Of a DNA stretch of 46,372 nt, positions 28,821 through 38,002 are shown piece after piece (within the stretch, counting starts at the first letter, position 1; each line of letters begins with the position of its first letter). The notes under the pieces are model-generated. The model was not told where the DNA came from and did no database searches. It saw nothing but the letters and a program-made list of their open reading frames with translations. The translations under genes and the position numbers were made by a program. This DNA is from Candidatus Jorgensenbacteria bacterium RIFCSPLOWO2_01_FULL_45_25b (lineage in GTDB: Bacteria > Patescibacteriota > Minisyncoccia > UBA6257 > GWB1-50-10): positions 1 through 46,372 of the forward strand of contig MFKK01000008.1 of NCBI GenBank assembly GCA_001781035.1. Reading direction: 5' to 3'.

Positions 28821-29873
28821 ATGAGAGACGCCATTCATTCTATTTTAGAGCAGGCCATACACGCTCCATCCGGCGAGAACTGCCAGCCGTGGGAATTTGT
28901 CGCGCGAGAGAATTCCGTATCTGTTTATAATCTTCCCGAACGAGATAACAGTCTTTATAATTTTCGGGGACGTGGCTCTCTTGTCGCTCACGGAGCTCTT
29001 TTGGAAAACATCTCGCTTATCGCTCCCACTTATGGACTTCGCGCCGACATCGCTCTTTTTCCGGAGGGAGAGGAGGCGCGTCTTATCGCCACGGTTTCAT
29101 TTTCTTCAGCGGATACATATGTTTCGCCGCTTGTGGAGTGGATTCCGCGCCGAGCGACGAATCGGAAGTCGTACGAAAAAACATACAAACTTACCGAGAA
29201 GGAGAGAGAGTTGATTCGTAACTCTCCTCTTTCGGAAGAAGGGGAGGCGCGGCTTATTGAGGATGAGGCTTCTCGGAAGGAACTCGCTCGCGCTATTTCT
29301 TTGAACGAGCGGATTATTTTTGAGAATTATGACCTTCATTCGTTTCTTTTTTCTCATATTCGGTGGACGAGGAAAGAGGAGGCGGAGAAGGGCGGGGGGC
29401 TTTATATTGAAACTCTTGAGCTTCCCCCACCCGTTGCGGGCGGTTTTCGGCATCTGTTTTGGAGATGGAGGGTTCTTCAGGCGCTGAACCGTATTGGTTT
29501 TTCCAAATTTGTCGCCTTACAGAACGCCGGAACTTATTTTTCTTCTTCAGCTATAGGAGCTCTTATTCTTCCAGGAAGTTCTCCTTTGCATTTTCTTCGG
29601 GCGGGCAGGGCTATTCAACGAATGTGGCTTCGGCTTACCAGCGCGGGACTTTCCATGCAGCCTATTACCGGTCTTGTGTATCTGCGTGAACGAATTGTTT
29701 CGGGCGAGCCCGCGTCTCTTACTCCCCTTCATCAAACACTTATCCTTCGCTCATATCTTCTTATCGCGCATCTTTTTAAGGTCGAGGATGCCTGTATCGG
29801 AATGACGTTTCGCATAGGAAGGGCGCTTCCTCCCACTGCTTCTTCCGCGCACTTCTCGCCGAATATTTTATGA
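28821..29873 (+). CDS. Nitroreductase-like FMN-binding protein (Acg/OxzB C-domain-like)
   Basis: APSGENCQPW, RRATNRK, AGRAIQRMWL, FRIG. Confidence 0.82.
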   Translation: MRDAIHSILEQAIHAPSGENCQPWEFVARENSVSVYNLPERDNSLYNFRGRGSLVAHGALLENISLIAPTYGLRADIALFPEGEEARLIATVSFSSADTYVSPLVEWIPRRATNRKSYEKTYKLTEKERELIRNSPLSEEGEARLIEDEASRKELARAISLNERIIFENYDLHSFLFSHIRWTRKEEAEKGGGLYIETLELPPPVAGGFRHLFWRWRVLQALNRIGFSKFVALQNAGTYFSSSAIGALILPGSSPLHFLRAGRAIQRMWLRLTSAGLSMQPITGLVYLRERIVSGEPASLTPLHQTLILRSYLLIAHLFKVEDACIGMTFRIGRALPPTASSAHFSPNIL

Positions 29874-31507
29874 ATATTCTTGAGCTTTTTCGTTTTCAAA
29901 ATATTGACCTTCTTACGGTAGGCGTCGCGCTTGCGGCGAGTTTGTTTTTGGGAGGCATTACGTATTTTAATGACCGGCGAAGCATTACGCATCAGACATT
30001 TTTCTTATTTTCTATTTTTTCCGCCTGTTGGAGCACGCTTAATTATCTTACGTATCAATTTCCTTCGGACTTTGTCGTTATTTGGGTTCTTCGCCTCTCG
30101 GTTTTTTTTGCCGTTCTGCATTCCTTCGCGCTCTTTCAGCTTTTTTACGTGTTTCCAAAACCCAGCGTTCAATTTTCCAAGTTATATCGTTTTGGACTTG
30201 TTCCGCTTGTGCTTTTTACCGCCATACTGAATCTTACGCCGTTTGTGTTTCGCCGTGTTCTTGAATTTGATTCCGAGGGCAAGGTTTCAAAAGTATTGAA
30301 CGGCCCCGGCCTTCCGCTTTTTGCCGTTGTTACCGCGGGACTTACCCTTCTTACGATTATTTTTCTTTTGCGAAAGCTTTTTCGTTCTAGCGGGGAGACG
30401 CGTCGGCAGGTGAGGGTGATGTTTTTTGGGGTGATACTCTCGTTTGTGTTGATACTGCTTTTTAATCTGGTACTTCCGGCTTTTTATAATGACGCGCGGT
30501 TTATATCCCTTGGGGCGGTATTCACCTTTCCCTTTATCGCATTTACCGCGTATTCAATTTTAAAACACCACATGCTGAATGTGAAGATTATCGCGGCGGA
30601 GGCGCTTGTGTTCACGCTTTCTATCGTTACCTTCGCGGAGGTTGTTGTTTCAAAGGGTGTTCCAGGTATTCTGTTTCGTTCGGGTGTTTTTCTTCTCGTC
30701 CTTGCCTTTGGCGCCCTGCTTATCAGAAGCGTGCGAAGAGAGGTGGAACAGAGAGAGAAGTTGGAGGTTTTAACCCGAGAGCTTAGCGCCGCGAATGAAC
30801 GTCTCCGCGAGCTTGATAAGGTGAAGAGCGAGTTTCTTTCCTTCGCGTCTCATCAGGTGAAATCTCCGATGAGCGTCGTGAAGGGGTATGCCACGCTTAT
30901 TTATGACGGAACATACGGGCCGGTTTCGGAGAAGATTCGCGGGACCGCGGATAAGATTCGCGAGTCTGCCGACCGAATGATCGCGCTCGTTAACAATCTT
31001 CTTAGTCTTCGGAGGATTGAGGAGGGGAAGATGGATTACGCCCCGGAGCCTGTCGTTTTACAGGAACTTGTATCCAGTATCGCGGATGAGTTTAATATGC
31101 TCGCGGAAGAGAAGGGGCTTCAGTTTTCTTTTTCCTCCTCGGTCGGGGAGGCGCGGGCAAGTGTTGATACGCAGAAGTTTCGGCAGGTGATTCAGAATCT
31201 CATAGACAACTCCATTAAGTATACCGAGAGAGGCTGGGTTAAGGTTTCTTTGGATGTCGACAAATCAAAGAAGTTTTTGGTGGTTAGTGTTGCCGATTCC
31301 GGCAGAGGAATTCCCAAAGAACTTTTGCCAAAGCTTTTCCAGCAGTTTTCGCGCGACTCATCGGTGGCGAAGATGATTCAAGGGACGGGGCTCGGGCTCT
31401 ATATTGTTCGCCAGATTGTTGAGGCTCATCAGGGACGAGTGTGGGTGGAATCTTTGGGCGAGGGGCAGGGAAGCATCTTTTATGTTGCCGTACCGATGTT
31501 GGTTTGA
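29870..31507 (+). CDS. Sensor histidine kinase with multi-TM (HisKA-7TM-like) input domain
   Basis: Hydrophobic N-terminal ~285 aa; H-box ASHQVKSP, N-box NLIDNSIKY, DSGRG, GTGLGL; ATGA-coupled to the nitroreductase. Confidence 0.93.
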   Translation: MNILELFRFQNIDLLTVGVALAASLFLGGITYFNDRRSITHQTFFLFSIFSACWSTLNYLTYQFPSDFVVIWVLRLSVFFAVLHSFALFQLFYVFPKPSVQFSKLYRFGLVPLVLFTAILNLTPFVFRRVLEFDSEGKVSKVLNGPGLPLFAVVTAGLTLLTIIFLLRKLFRSSGETRRQVRVMFFGVILSFVLILLFNLVLPAFYNDARFISLGAVFTFPFIAFTAYSILKHHMLNVKIIAAEALVFTLSIVTFAEVVVSKGVPGILFRSGVFLLVLAFGALLIRSVRREVEQREKLEVLTRELSAANERLRELDKVKSEFLSFASHQVKSPMSVVKGYATLIYDGTYGPVSEKIRGTADKIRESADRMIALVNNLLSLRRIEEGKMDYAPEPVVLQELVSSIADEFNMLAEEKGLQFSFSSSVGEARASVDTQKFRQVIQNLIDNSIKYTERGWVKVSLDVDKSKKFLVVSVADSGRGIPKELLPKLFQQFSRDSSVAKMIQGTGLGLYIVRQIVEAHQGRVWVESLGEGQGSIFYVAVPMLV

Positions 31508-31522
31508 CAAAAAGGGCTTAAA

Positions 31523-31564
31523 CTTACGAGATCGTAACTCGTTAACGAGTTACGATCTCGTAAG
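31523..31564. repeat. Dispersed REP doublet of the RAYT family, perfect 42-bp palindrome
   Basis: CTTACGAGATCGTAACTCGTT|AACGAGTTACGATCTCGTAAG. Confidence 0.9.
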
Positions 31565-31626
31565 AGTGTTTTGCTTACTCCGTCATTGCTTTTATTATTC
31601 CCTCTGATTCGTTATAATCAGAGCAT

Positions 31627-32034
31627 ATGGAGCGAAAGAAATTTGTTATTCTTATCGCGGATGACAATCAGGATTTTTTGGATATTCTTATCGCGAAGCT
31701 TACCCGAGAGAAGTTTGACGTGCATACGGTTACGGACGGACGGGAGGCGATTGAGATGGCAAAAGAATTACGTCCCGACCTTCTTATTCTTGACCTTGAG
31801 ATGCCCGTTATGGGAGGAATGGAAGCGTTTTTTGAACTGCGAAAAGACTCGCGCTTCAGCAAGTTGAAGGTTGTGTTTATTACGACTCACGGGGATGACT
31901 CGGAGAAGACCGCGTGGGTGGACGACAAGTTCGCGCGGGAGGAGGGGATACGGGATTTTATCCGCAAGACCGACGACCTTGATTCAATCGTGAAACAAAT
32001 TTTGCGAATATTACGTGTTCCCGCGGGAGCATAA
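31627..32034 (+). CDS. Single-domain response regulator
   Basis: IADDN, PDLLILDLEMP, FITT, K. Confidence 0.92.
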   Translation: MERKKFVILIADDNQDFLDILIAKLTREKFDVHTVTDGREAIEMAKELRPDLLILDLEMPVMGGMEAFFELRKDSRFSKLKVVFITTHGDDSEKTAWVDDKFAREEGIRDFIRKTDDLDSIVKQILRILRVPAGA

Positions 32035-32050
32035 TTTTTTTGTGTTTAAG

Positions 32051-33754
32051 ATGAGCTCTGCAACACCAAAGCAAAAAATTTTTATTGTTGAGGATAATCG
32101 CTTTCTCGCGATGCTTGTTTCCGAGAAGCTCCGCTCGGAAGGAATGGAAGTTATTACCTGTTTTGAGGGAGCGGATTGCGTGAAGAAGGCGGAGGAGATG
32201 AAACCGTCGCTTGTTCTTCTTGACCTTCTTTTGCCCGGTTCCATTGACGGGTTTGGAGTGCTTTCCAGATTGCGGAAGTCAAAGATTACTAAAGATGTTC
32301 CGGTTGTTGTTCTTACGAATCTTGAGGGAGGGGAGGATGTGGAGAAGGCGGTAAAGCTTAAGATCGGCGGGTATCTTGTGAAGGCGCATACCTCAACCGC
32401 TGAAATTGCCTCCCGGGTAAAGGACGTGCTGGAACATAAAGATAAGCTATTCCAACTTGCCGACGTTTCTTCTTCCCCATCTCCAACACAGGATAATGTG
32501 GAAGAAGCGCGTTCCAAGCTTGCTGTGGAGCGTTCTTTGGTACTGAAGGCTTCCATTGACAAGGCGCTTGTTAGACCGGAGGAACTTTCCATTATTACAC
32601 TTGTTGACGAGCTTGTTCAGTATGCTTTTTTCTCCCGCGCGTCGGATATCCATGTTGACCCGGAGGACGGGAAGATGCATATCCGATTTCGCGTTGACGG
32701 AGTGATGCGGGAGATGTTTTCATTTCAGAAAGAAATTCAGTCAGAGGTTATTACACGTATCAAGGTTCTTTCCGGTTTGCGAACGGATGAGCATCAGGCC
32801 GCGCAGGACGGGCGGTTTAAGGTTTCCATTGAAGATGTTGGGGATGTTGATGTTCGTGTTTCTATCGCCCCCACTTATTACGGAGAGAATTGCGTGATGC
32901 GTCTTTTAGCCGACCAATCCGAAGGATTTACGCTTGAGACGCTCGGGTTTTCCGGAAGCAATTTGAAGGTGGTGCATAAGGCGATTCGGAAGCCGTATGG
33001 CATGGTGCTTGCAACAGGCCCTACCGGTTCGGGAAAGACGACGACGCTTTACGCGATTCTCCGAAAACTAAATACTCCCGAAGTTTCGGTTATTACGATT
33101 GAGGACCCGATTGAGTATTCAATTAAGGGAATTGATCAGATTCAGGTTAATCCTCTCACGAATCTTACGTTCGCGGCGGGTTTGCGCTTTATTCTGCGAC
33201 AGGACCCCGATATTATTATGGTGGGAGAGATTCGGGATGATGAGACTGCGAATATCGCGATTAACGCGGCGATGACCGGACACTTAGTTTTGTCCACGCT
33301 TCATACCAATGACGCGGCGACGACTCTTCCGAGGCTTATAGATATGAAAATTGAGCCGTTTCTCGTCGCGACAACCGTGAACATCGCCATTAGCCAGCGC
33401 CTTGTCCGCACGATTTGTTCTTTTTGTCGCGTTCCAAAAAAACTTACGGATATTGAGTTTGAAAATCTCAAGGAGTTTATGCCGGATTCGATTTTGAAGG
33501 GAAAGAAATCGTTTTTTTATGGAAAGGGATGCGACCATTGCGGGGATTCCGGATATCGCGGGAGGGTCGGCATTCATGAAGTGATGGAGATAACGGAGGA
33601 GATTCGCAATCTTATCATGAAGCAGGCGAACGCGAATGATATCAAGGTCGTGGCAGTAAAAGCAGGGATGAAGACGCTTCTTGAGGACGGGTTTTCCAAG
33701 GCGATGGAGGGGATTACGACGATTGAGGAGGTTCTTCGGGTTTCAAGGGATTAG
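32051..33754 (+). CDS. Receiver domain fused to a PilB/GspE assembly ATPase
   Basis: N-terminal REC (IVEDN, LLDLLLP, LTN, K); ASDIH, QDGR, GPTGSGKT, TIEDPIE, LRQDPD, GHLVLSTLHTN, CxxC...CxxC. Confidence 0.93.
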   Translation: MSSATPKQKIFIVEDNRFLAMLVSEKLRSEGMEVITCFEGADCVKKAEEMKPSLVLLDLLLPGSIDGFGVLSRLRKSKITKDVPVVVLTNLEGGEDVEKAVKLKIGGYLVKAHTSTAEIASRVKDVLEHKDKLFQLADVSSSPSPTQDNVEEARSKLAVERSLVLKASIDKALVRPEELSIITLVDELVQYAFFSRASDIHVDPEDGKMHIRFRVDGVMREMFSFQKEIQSEVITRIKVLSGLRTDEHQAAQDGRFKVSIEDVGDVDVRVSIAPTYYGENCVMRLLADQSEGFTLETLGFSGSNLKVVHKAIRKPYGMVLATGPTGSGKTTTLYAILRKLNTPEVSVITIEDPIEYSIKGIDQIQVNPLTNLTFAAGLRFILRQDPDIIMVGEIRDDETANIAINAAMTGHLVLSTLHTNDAATTLPRLIDMKIEPFLVATTVNIAISQRLVRTICSFCRVPKKLTDIEFENLKEFMPDSILKGKKSFFYGKGCDHCGDSGYRGRVGIHEVMEITEEIRNLIMKQANANDIKVVAVKAGMKTLLEDGFSKAMEGITTIEEVLRVSRD

Positions 33755-33798
33755 AACATTAGTTGTAAGTTGAAAATTTTAAGTTGAAAGGAATACAT

Positions 33799-34848
33799 AT
33801 GTTGTTTTTATCGGTTCCGGTGCAGGAAAAAATTAATTTCGCGAGGCATTTGCATTTGACCGTAAAGAGCGGGCTCGCTCTCGTTGACGGCTTGAAGCTC
33901 GTGGAGAAGCAGACTTCTTCGGGTTCGCTTCGGAAGATTATTTCCCGTCTTGTCGCCGACCTTAACAGCGGAAAGTTTTTGTCGGAGGGACTTTCGCGGT
34001 ATCGGAGCGTGTTCGGCGATTTTTTTATCAGTATCGTCCAAGTTGGAGAGAAGAGCGGAAAGCTTTCGGAGAACCTTCTTCATCTTTCTCTGGAATTGCG
34101 AAAGAAAAAGGAGCTTCAATCAAAAATTGTTGGGGCGCTTGTGTACCCCATCATTATTTTTGTCGCTACGATTGGAATTACTATTTTTCTTGTTTTCTTT
34201 ATTCTTCCCAAAATTCTTCCGGTTCTGCAGGATTTGCATGTCGCGCTTCCGCTTAGCACTCGTATTCTTATTTTTATCGTCAATATGTCCACGCAATTTG
34301 GTTTGTACATATTGGGCGGAGGTATCATTCTTCTTATTTGCGTTCGAGCGCTTTTTCAGTTTTCTTTTGTACGATTCTTTTTTCATCGGATAGTTCTTTA
34401 TATTCCGATTGTTTCCGGTCTTACGCGGCGCGTTACGTTGGTTGATTTTTCCCGTTCATTCGGACTTCTTTTGCAAAGCGGAGTTTCTATCGTTGACGCG
34501 CTTACGATTTCCGCCGGTACGATTCGCAATCTCTATTATCGCCAGCTCATTCTTTTTTCCGTGGAACATGTTCGCAAGGGAGAACAGGTCGCTGATTATT
34601 TTGCGAAACATCAGTATCTTTTTCCCATTATGTTTTCCAATCTTTTGAAGATTGGGGAGAGTACCGGGCATCTTGAGTCTAATTTGTTTTACCTTTCGGA
34701 GTATTACGAGGGCGAGGTGGACGATAGTGTGCGAGGTCTTACCGCTATTATGGAACCTCTCTTACTTCTCTTTATGGGACTTATGGTTGGATTTGTCGCC
34801 ATCTCTATTATTTTGCCGATTTACAAAATTTCACAGCCGGCGGTATAG
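33799..34848 (+). CDS. pilC: Type IV pilus platform protein PilC/GspF
   Basis: Two T2SSF repeats: GEKSGKL...YP and GESTGHL...MEP. Confidence 0.9.
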   Translation: MLFLSVPVQEKINFARHLHLTVKSGLALVDGLKLVEKQTSSGSLRKIISRLVADLNSGKFLSEGLSRYRSVFGDFFISIVQVGEKSGKLSENLLHLSLELRKKKELQSKIVGALVYPIIIFVATIGITIFLVFFILPKILPVLQDLHVALPLSTRILIFIVNMSTQFGLYILGGGIILLICVRALFQFSFVRFFFHRIVLYIPIVSGLTRRVTLVDFSRSFGLLLQSGVSIVDALTISAGTIRNLYYRQLILFSVEHVRKGEQVADYFAKHQYLFPIMFSNLLKIGESTGHLESNLFYLSEYYEGEVDDSVRGLTAIMEPLLLLFMGLMVGFVAISIILPIYKISQPAV

Positions 34849-34897
34849 CTTATAGATTAAAATATTTTTCATAATTTATAGACTTTTTCAAGATTTA
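34845..34897 (+). repeat. 53-bp direct repeat, copy 1 (upstream of pilin 34902)
   Basis: Matches 37013-37065 with one mismatch. Confidence 0.9.
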
Positions 34898-34901
34898 CGT
34901 T

Positions 34902-35522
34902 ATGCGTCTACAAGCTAAAAGCTACAAGCTAAAAGCTAAAGCCCCGTTAGAGAGCGTTGTTGCTCACAATGGGAACAAAAGCCAAGCAAGAGAGCGCGGG
35001 GCTTTGTCCTCTCTAACGGGGCTCACCCCGTTAGAGAGCGTTGTTGCTCACAATGGGAACAAAAGCCAAGCAAGAGAGCGCGGGGCTTTGTCCTCTCTAA
35101 CGGGGTTTACGCTTATTGAGGTTCTTCTTGCTATGGGAATATTCGGGCTTTTGTTTGGACTTGGAGTTCCCTCTGTTTACCGGATGTATCGCGGATTTGT
35201 TTTTTCATCCGAAGTTCAGAAGTTCGCGGACGCTCTTCGGACGGCGGAGGCGCGCTCGTTTACGAATCAGTTTGGCAAGTCGCACGGGATTTTTATTCAA
35301 TCAGACTCTTTTTTTGTTTTTCAGGGCGGTTCGTTTGTAAGCCGTGATGTTCAATATGATGAAACGTACGCGCGAGCGGATGGCATTTCTGTTTCGGGAC
35401 CGCAGGAGATTGTTTTTTCGCAATTTTCAGGCGCTCCGTCTCTTTCGGGCGTGTGGATTTTTAGCAACGAGGCCGTTTCTTCAACACTTTCCTTAAATTC
35501 GCAGGGCGCGCTTTCGTGGTGA
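34902..35522 (+). CDS. Type IV pilin-like protein with repeat-expanded leader
   Basis: G|FTLIEVLLAM class III signal at residue ~68, preceded by two in-frame 28-codon repeats. Confidence 0.85.
   Translation: MRLQAKSYKLKAKAPLESVVAHNGNKSQARERGALSSLTGLTPLESVVAHNGNKSQARERGALSSLTGFTLIEVLLAMGIFGLLFGLGVPSVYRMYRGFVFSSEVQKFADALRTAEARSFTNQFGKSHGIFIQSDSFFVFQGGSFVSRDVQYDETYARADGISVSGPQEIVFSQFSGAPSLSGVWIFSNEAVSSTLSLNSQGALSW
34942..35105. mobile_element. Two tandem copies of an 80-bp MITE-like element
   Basis: 34942-35021 and 35026-35105 are identical; 13-bp terminal inverted repeats CCCCGTTAGAGAG/CTCTCTAACGGGG; period 84. Confidence 0.8.
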
Positions 35523-35531
35523 GCTTTTGTT

Positions 35532-37016
35532 ATGCTTTCCTTTTTTAATAAACAATCTTTTTGCCGTGATTCTTCTTCCGGGCAGGTTCTCATGGAAATT
35601 CTTGTCGGAATTTCTCTTTTGGTTTTGGGCGCGGGACTTGGTTTTACGCTCATGAGCGGAGCCCGAAGCGTTCTTAAGGACAGGACGCAGAGCGTTTCGG
35701 CTAATTATTTGGCTGACGAGGGGGCGCGCGCGGCCAAATCGATTCTTCTTGGTAATTGGAGTTCGGTTGGTGACGGGACGCATGGTCTTTTGTATTCCGA
35801 TGGAATTTGGAGTTTTTCGGGAAGCCAGGACGTTCAGGATGTTTTTACCAGAACGATTCAGGTTACGAGTATTGATGAGAATAAGAAGGAGGCTGTGGCG
35901 CGAGTTTCTTGGATGGCTGACCAAGGAAGAGGTGTGTCTGTTGAATATCCCACGGTTGTTACCAATTGGAGCGAGGTTTTGGGCGGAGGCGGAGGAGCCG
36001 GAGGTGGCGGAGGAAGTGGAGGAGGAGGAACAAGCGGAGAGGATGTGTGCGGAATTGTTTCGGGAAATTGGAGCCGTCCGCGCGTTATCGCGAGCGTTGA
36101 CCTCGGCTCCGGAAGAAGCGGTACCGATATCGCTTACCGAAACCAGCTGTTGTATGTTTCAAGCGTTGCCTCTACCGCATCAAAAAAGGATTTTTCCATT
36201 TTTGATGTTTCAAGTTCCACTTATCCTCGGTTGCTCGGAGAGGTTGATACGGGAGGAGGAATCAACGAGTTTGTGATAAACGGCAATTACGTCTACGCGG
36301 TTTCTTCCGATAATTCCAAAGAATTTGTCGTGATAGATGTTTCCAGTTCAACGAATCCTTTGATGATCGCGAGCAAGGATTTAGACGGTGGCGCTGACGG
36401 GAATTCGGTCGCGTATTACGGAGGGTACGCGATTGTGGGGCGGCCACATTCTTCCTCAAAAGAGCTTGTGGTTTTGAATGTTACATCTTCCACTTCGCCT
36501 GTTGTTTCCAATGAAGTTCATATTAGCGATTCTGTTTTAAACATATACGCGTTTCAGGAGAAGCTTTATTATAGTTATTATGACGTGACGGACGATATTG
36601 GAATTCGGAGTCTCGCGAGTCTTCCTTCCATTCCGTTTTTGGGAAGTTGGGACGTTGGCGAGGACGATATCGGCTCTTTTTTTGCCGAATCGTCTTCCGC
36701 GTTTTCTTTGGGGGGCGTATTTGGTGAGTTGGCGTATTACGGCAATGGGTCAAGCGACGATTCTTTTTCTCTTTTTGACAGTTTTGACGCGGATGGAGAA
36801 GTGAACGACTTGATTGCTTCGGGAGATTATATATTTCTCGCGACATCGGACGCTTCTTCCGAATTTCAGGTTGTGAACAAGAACAATCCCAGCTCTCTTT
36901 CTCTCCTTGGTTTTTTGAATCTTCCCCAAGAGGCGACCGGTATTACTTGCGCGGATAACAAGATATTTCTTTCCCTAAGAAGCAATGATTCGGTGAGAAT
37001 TATCGGACCGGAATAG
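35532..37016 (+). CDS. Minor pilin-like protein with Gly-rich linker and LVIVD-like beta-propeller (putative tip adhesin)
   Basis: G|QVLMEILV, poly-Gly linker, repeated FSIFDVSS/FVVIDVSS/LVVLNVTS..P units. Confidence 0.75.
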   Translation: MLSFFNKQSFCRDSSSGQVLMEILVGISLLVLGAGLGFTLMSGARSVLKDRTQSVSANYLADEGARAAKSILLGNWSSVGDGTHGLLYSDGIWSFSGSQDVQDVFTRTIQVTSIDENKKEAVARVSWMADQGRGVSVEYPTVVTNWSEVLGGGGGAGGGGGSGGGGTSGEDVCGIVSGNWSRPRVIASVDLGSGRSGTDIAYRNQLLYVSSVASTASKKDFSIFDVSSSTYPRLLGEVDTGGGINEFVINGNYVYAVSSDNSKEFVVIDVSSSTNPLMIASKDLDGGADGNSVAYYGGYAIVGRPHSSSKELVVLNVTSSTSPVVSNEVHISDSVLNIYAFQEKLYYSYYDVTDDIGIRSLASLPSIPFLGSWDVGEDDIGSFFAESSSAFSLGGVFGELAYYGNGSSDDSFSLFDSFDADGEVNDLIASGDYIFLATSDASSEFQVVNKNNPSSLSLLGFLNLPQEATGITCADNKIFLSLRSNDSVRIIGPE

Positions 37017-37065
37017 CTTATAGATTAAAATAATTTTCATAATTTATAGACTTTTTCAAGATTTA
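37013..37065 (+). repeat. 53-bp direct repeat, copy 2 (upstream of pilin 37065)
   Basis: Matches 34845-34897 with one mismatch. Confidence 0.9.
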
Positions 37066-37601
37066 TGCGTTTACAAACTAAAAAGGGGATTTACCCAGCA
37101 CCACTTTTTAACGTAAAAAGTGGTGCTGGGTTTACTCTCATTGAGGTTCTTTTGTACGCGGCTCTGCTCTCGCTCTTTTTCGGGTTTTCAATTGTTTCAA
37201 CGATTAATATTTTTTCCATGAACCGATTGTTTCTTGAGCGCACCGAAGTGTTGCAGAATCAGGAATTTATTCGGCAGAAAATTAGATGGGCATTTCATCA
37301 GGCGCGAGAGATTTCCGTACCCTCTCCAAACTTAAGTTCAGCAACGAATCTCACCCTTACCGCTTATGATTCTTCATTGAACCCGATTTCATTTTCTTTT
37401 TCATCCAGCAGTCTCTTGCTCTCGCTTTCAGGCGGAGAGCTTGTTCCTTTAGAGGGAGGCAGAGTTCGGGTTGCCAGTTTTCTCGCGGACCATCGGAGTT
37501 CCAGTCAGACCTCCTCAACGCTTATGGTTACAATCGGTTTGCAAAGCAGGCAAGACCCTCGTGTTTCTTCAACAGTTGTTTATTCACTTTCCTTTCCATG
37601 A
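37065..37601 (+). CDS. Type IV pilin-like protein
   Basis: G|FTLIEVLLY; leader contains a 37-bp hairpin. Confidence 0.85.
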   Translation: MRLQTKKGIYPAPLFNVKSGAGFTLIEVLLYAALLSLFFGFSIVSTINIFSMNRLFLERTEVLQNQEFIRQKIRWAFHQAREISVPSPNLSSATNLTLTAYDSSLNPISFSFSSSSLLLSLSGGELVPLEGGRVRVASFLADHRSSSQTSSTLMVTIGLQSRQDPRVSSTVVYSLSFP

Positions 37602-37975
37602 AAAAAGAAGAAGGATATATCGCGATTACAAGCGCTATTATTGTTTCCCTACTTCTTTTGGGTTCGGCGCTTTTGATTAGTTCCGGAAATTTTTCCGGAT
37701 ACGCGAATTCCCAGCTGTTTGAGGCAAAGGAGATAGGATATTCGGTTTCGGAGGGTTGCGTGAATTATGTCCGTTTGAAACTTTCTTCCGGCGCGTACGC
37801 CGGAGGAGAGACGATTTCCATTTCTTCTTATTCGTGTATTATTTCTTCAGTTCAGGATCAGGGGACGACCTATCTTTTTCAGGTTAGCGTGACGGTGAGA
37901 AATACGATGACGAATTTGAGGATTGTCTTAAATAAACTGAATCTTTCCATTGGAGAATGGAGGGAGATTCCATAG
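37598..37975 (+). CDS. PilX-like minor pilin
   Basis: MKKEEG|YIAITSAIIV, no Glu5, SEGCV. Confidence 0.7.
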   Translation: MKKEEGYIAITSAIIVSLLLLGSALLISSGNFSGYANSQLFEAKEIGYSVSEGCVNYVRLKLSSGAYAGGETISISSYSCIISSVQDQGTTYLFQVSVTVRNTMTNLRIVLNKLNLSIGEWREIP

Positions 37976-38002
37976 AACAAATGCCCACTAATCTACACCC
38001 AC

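Noticed and set aside
35982-36040. GGA/GGC nucleotide repeat as a separate element
   Set aside because: Explained by the poly-Gly linker of the pilin-adhesin.
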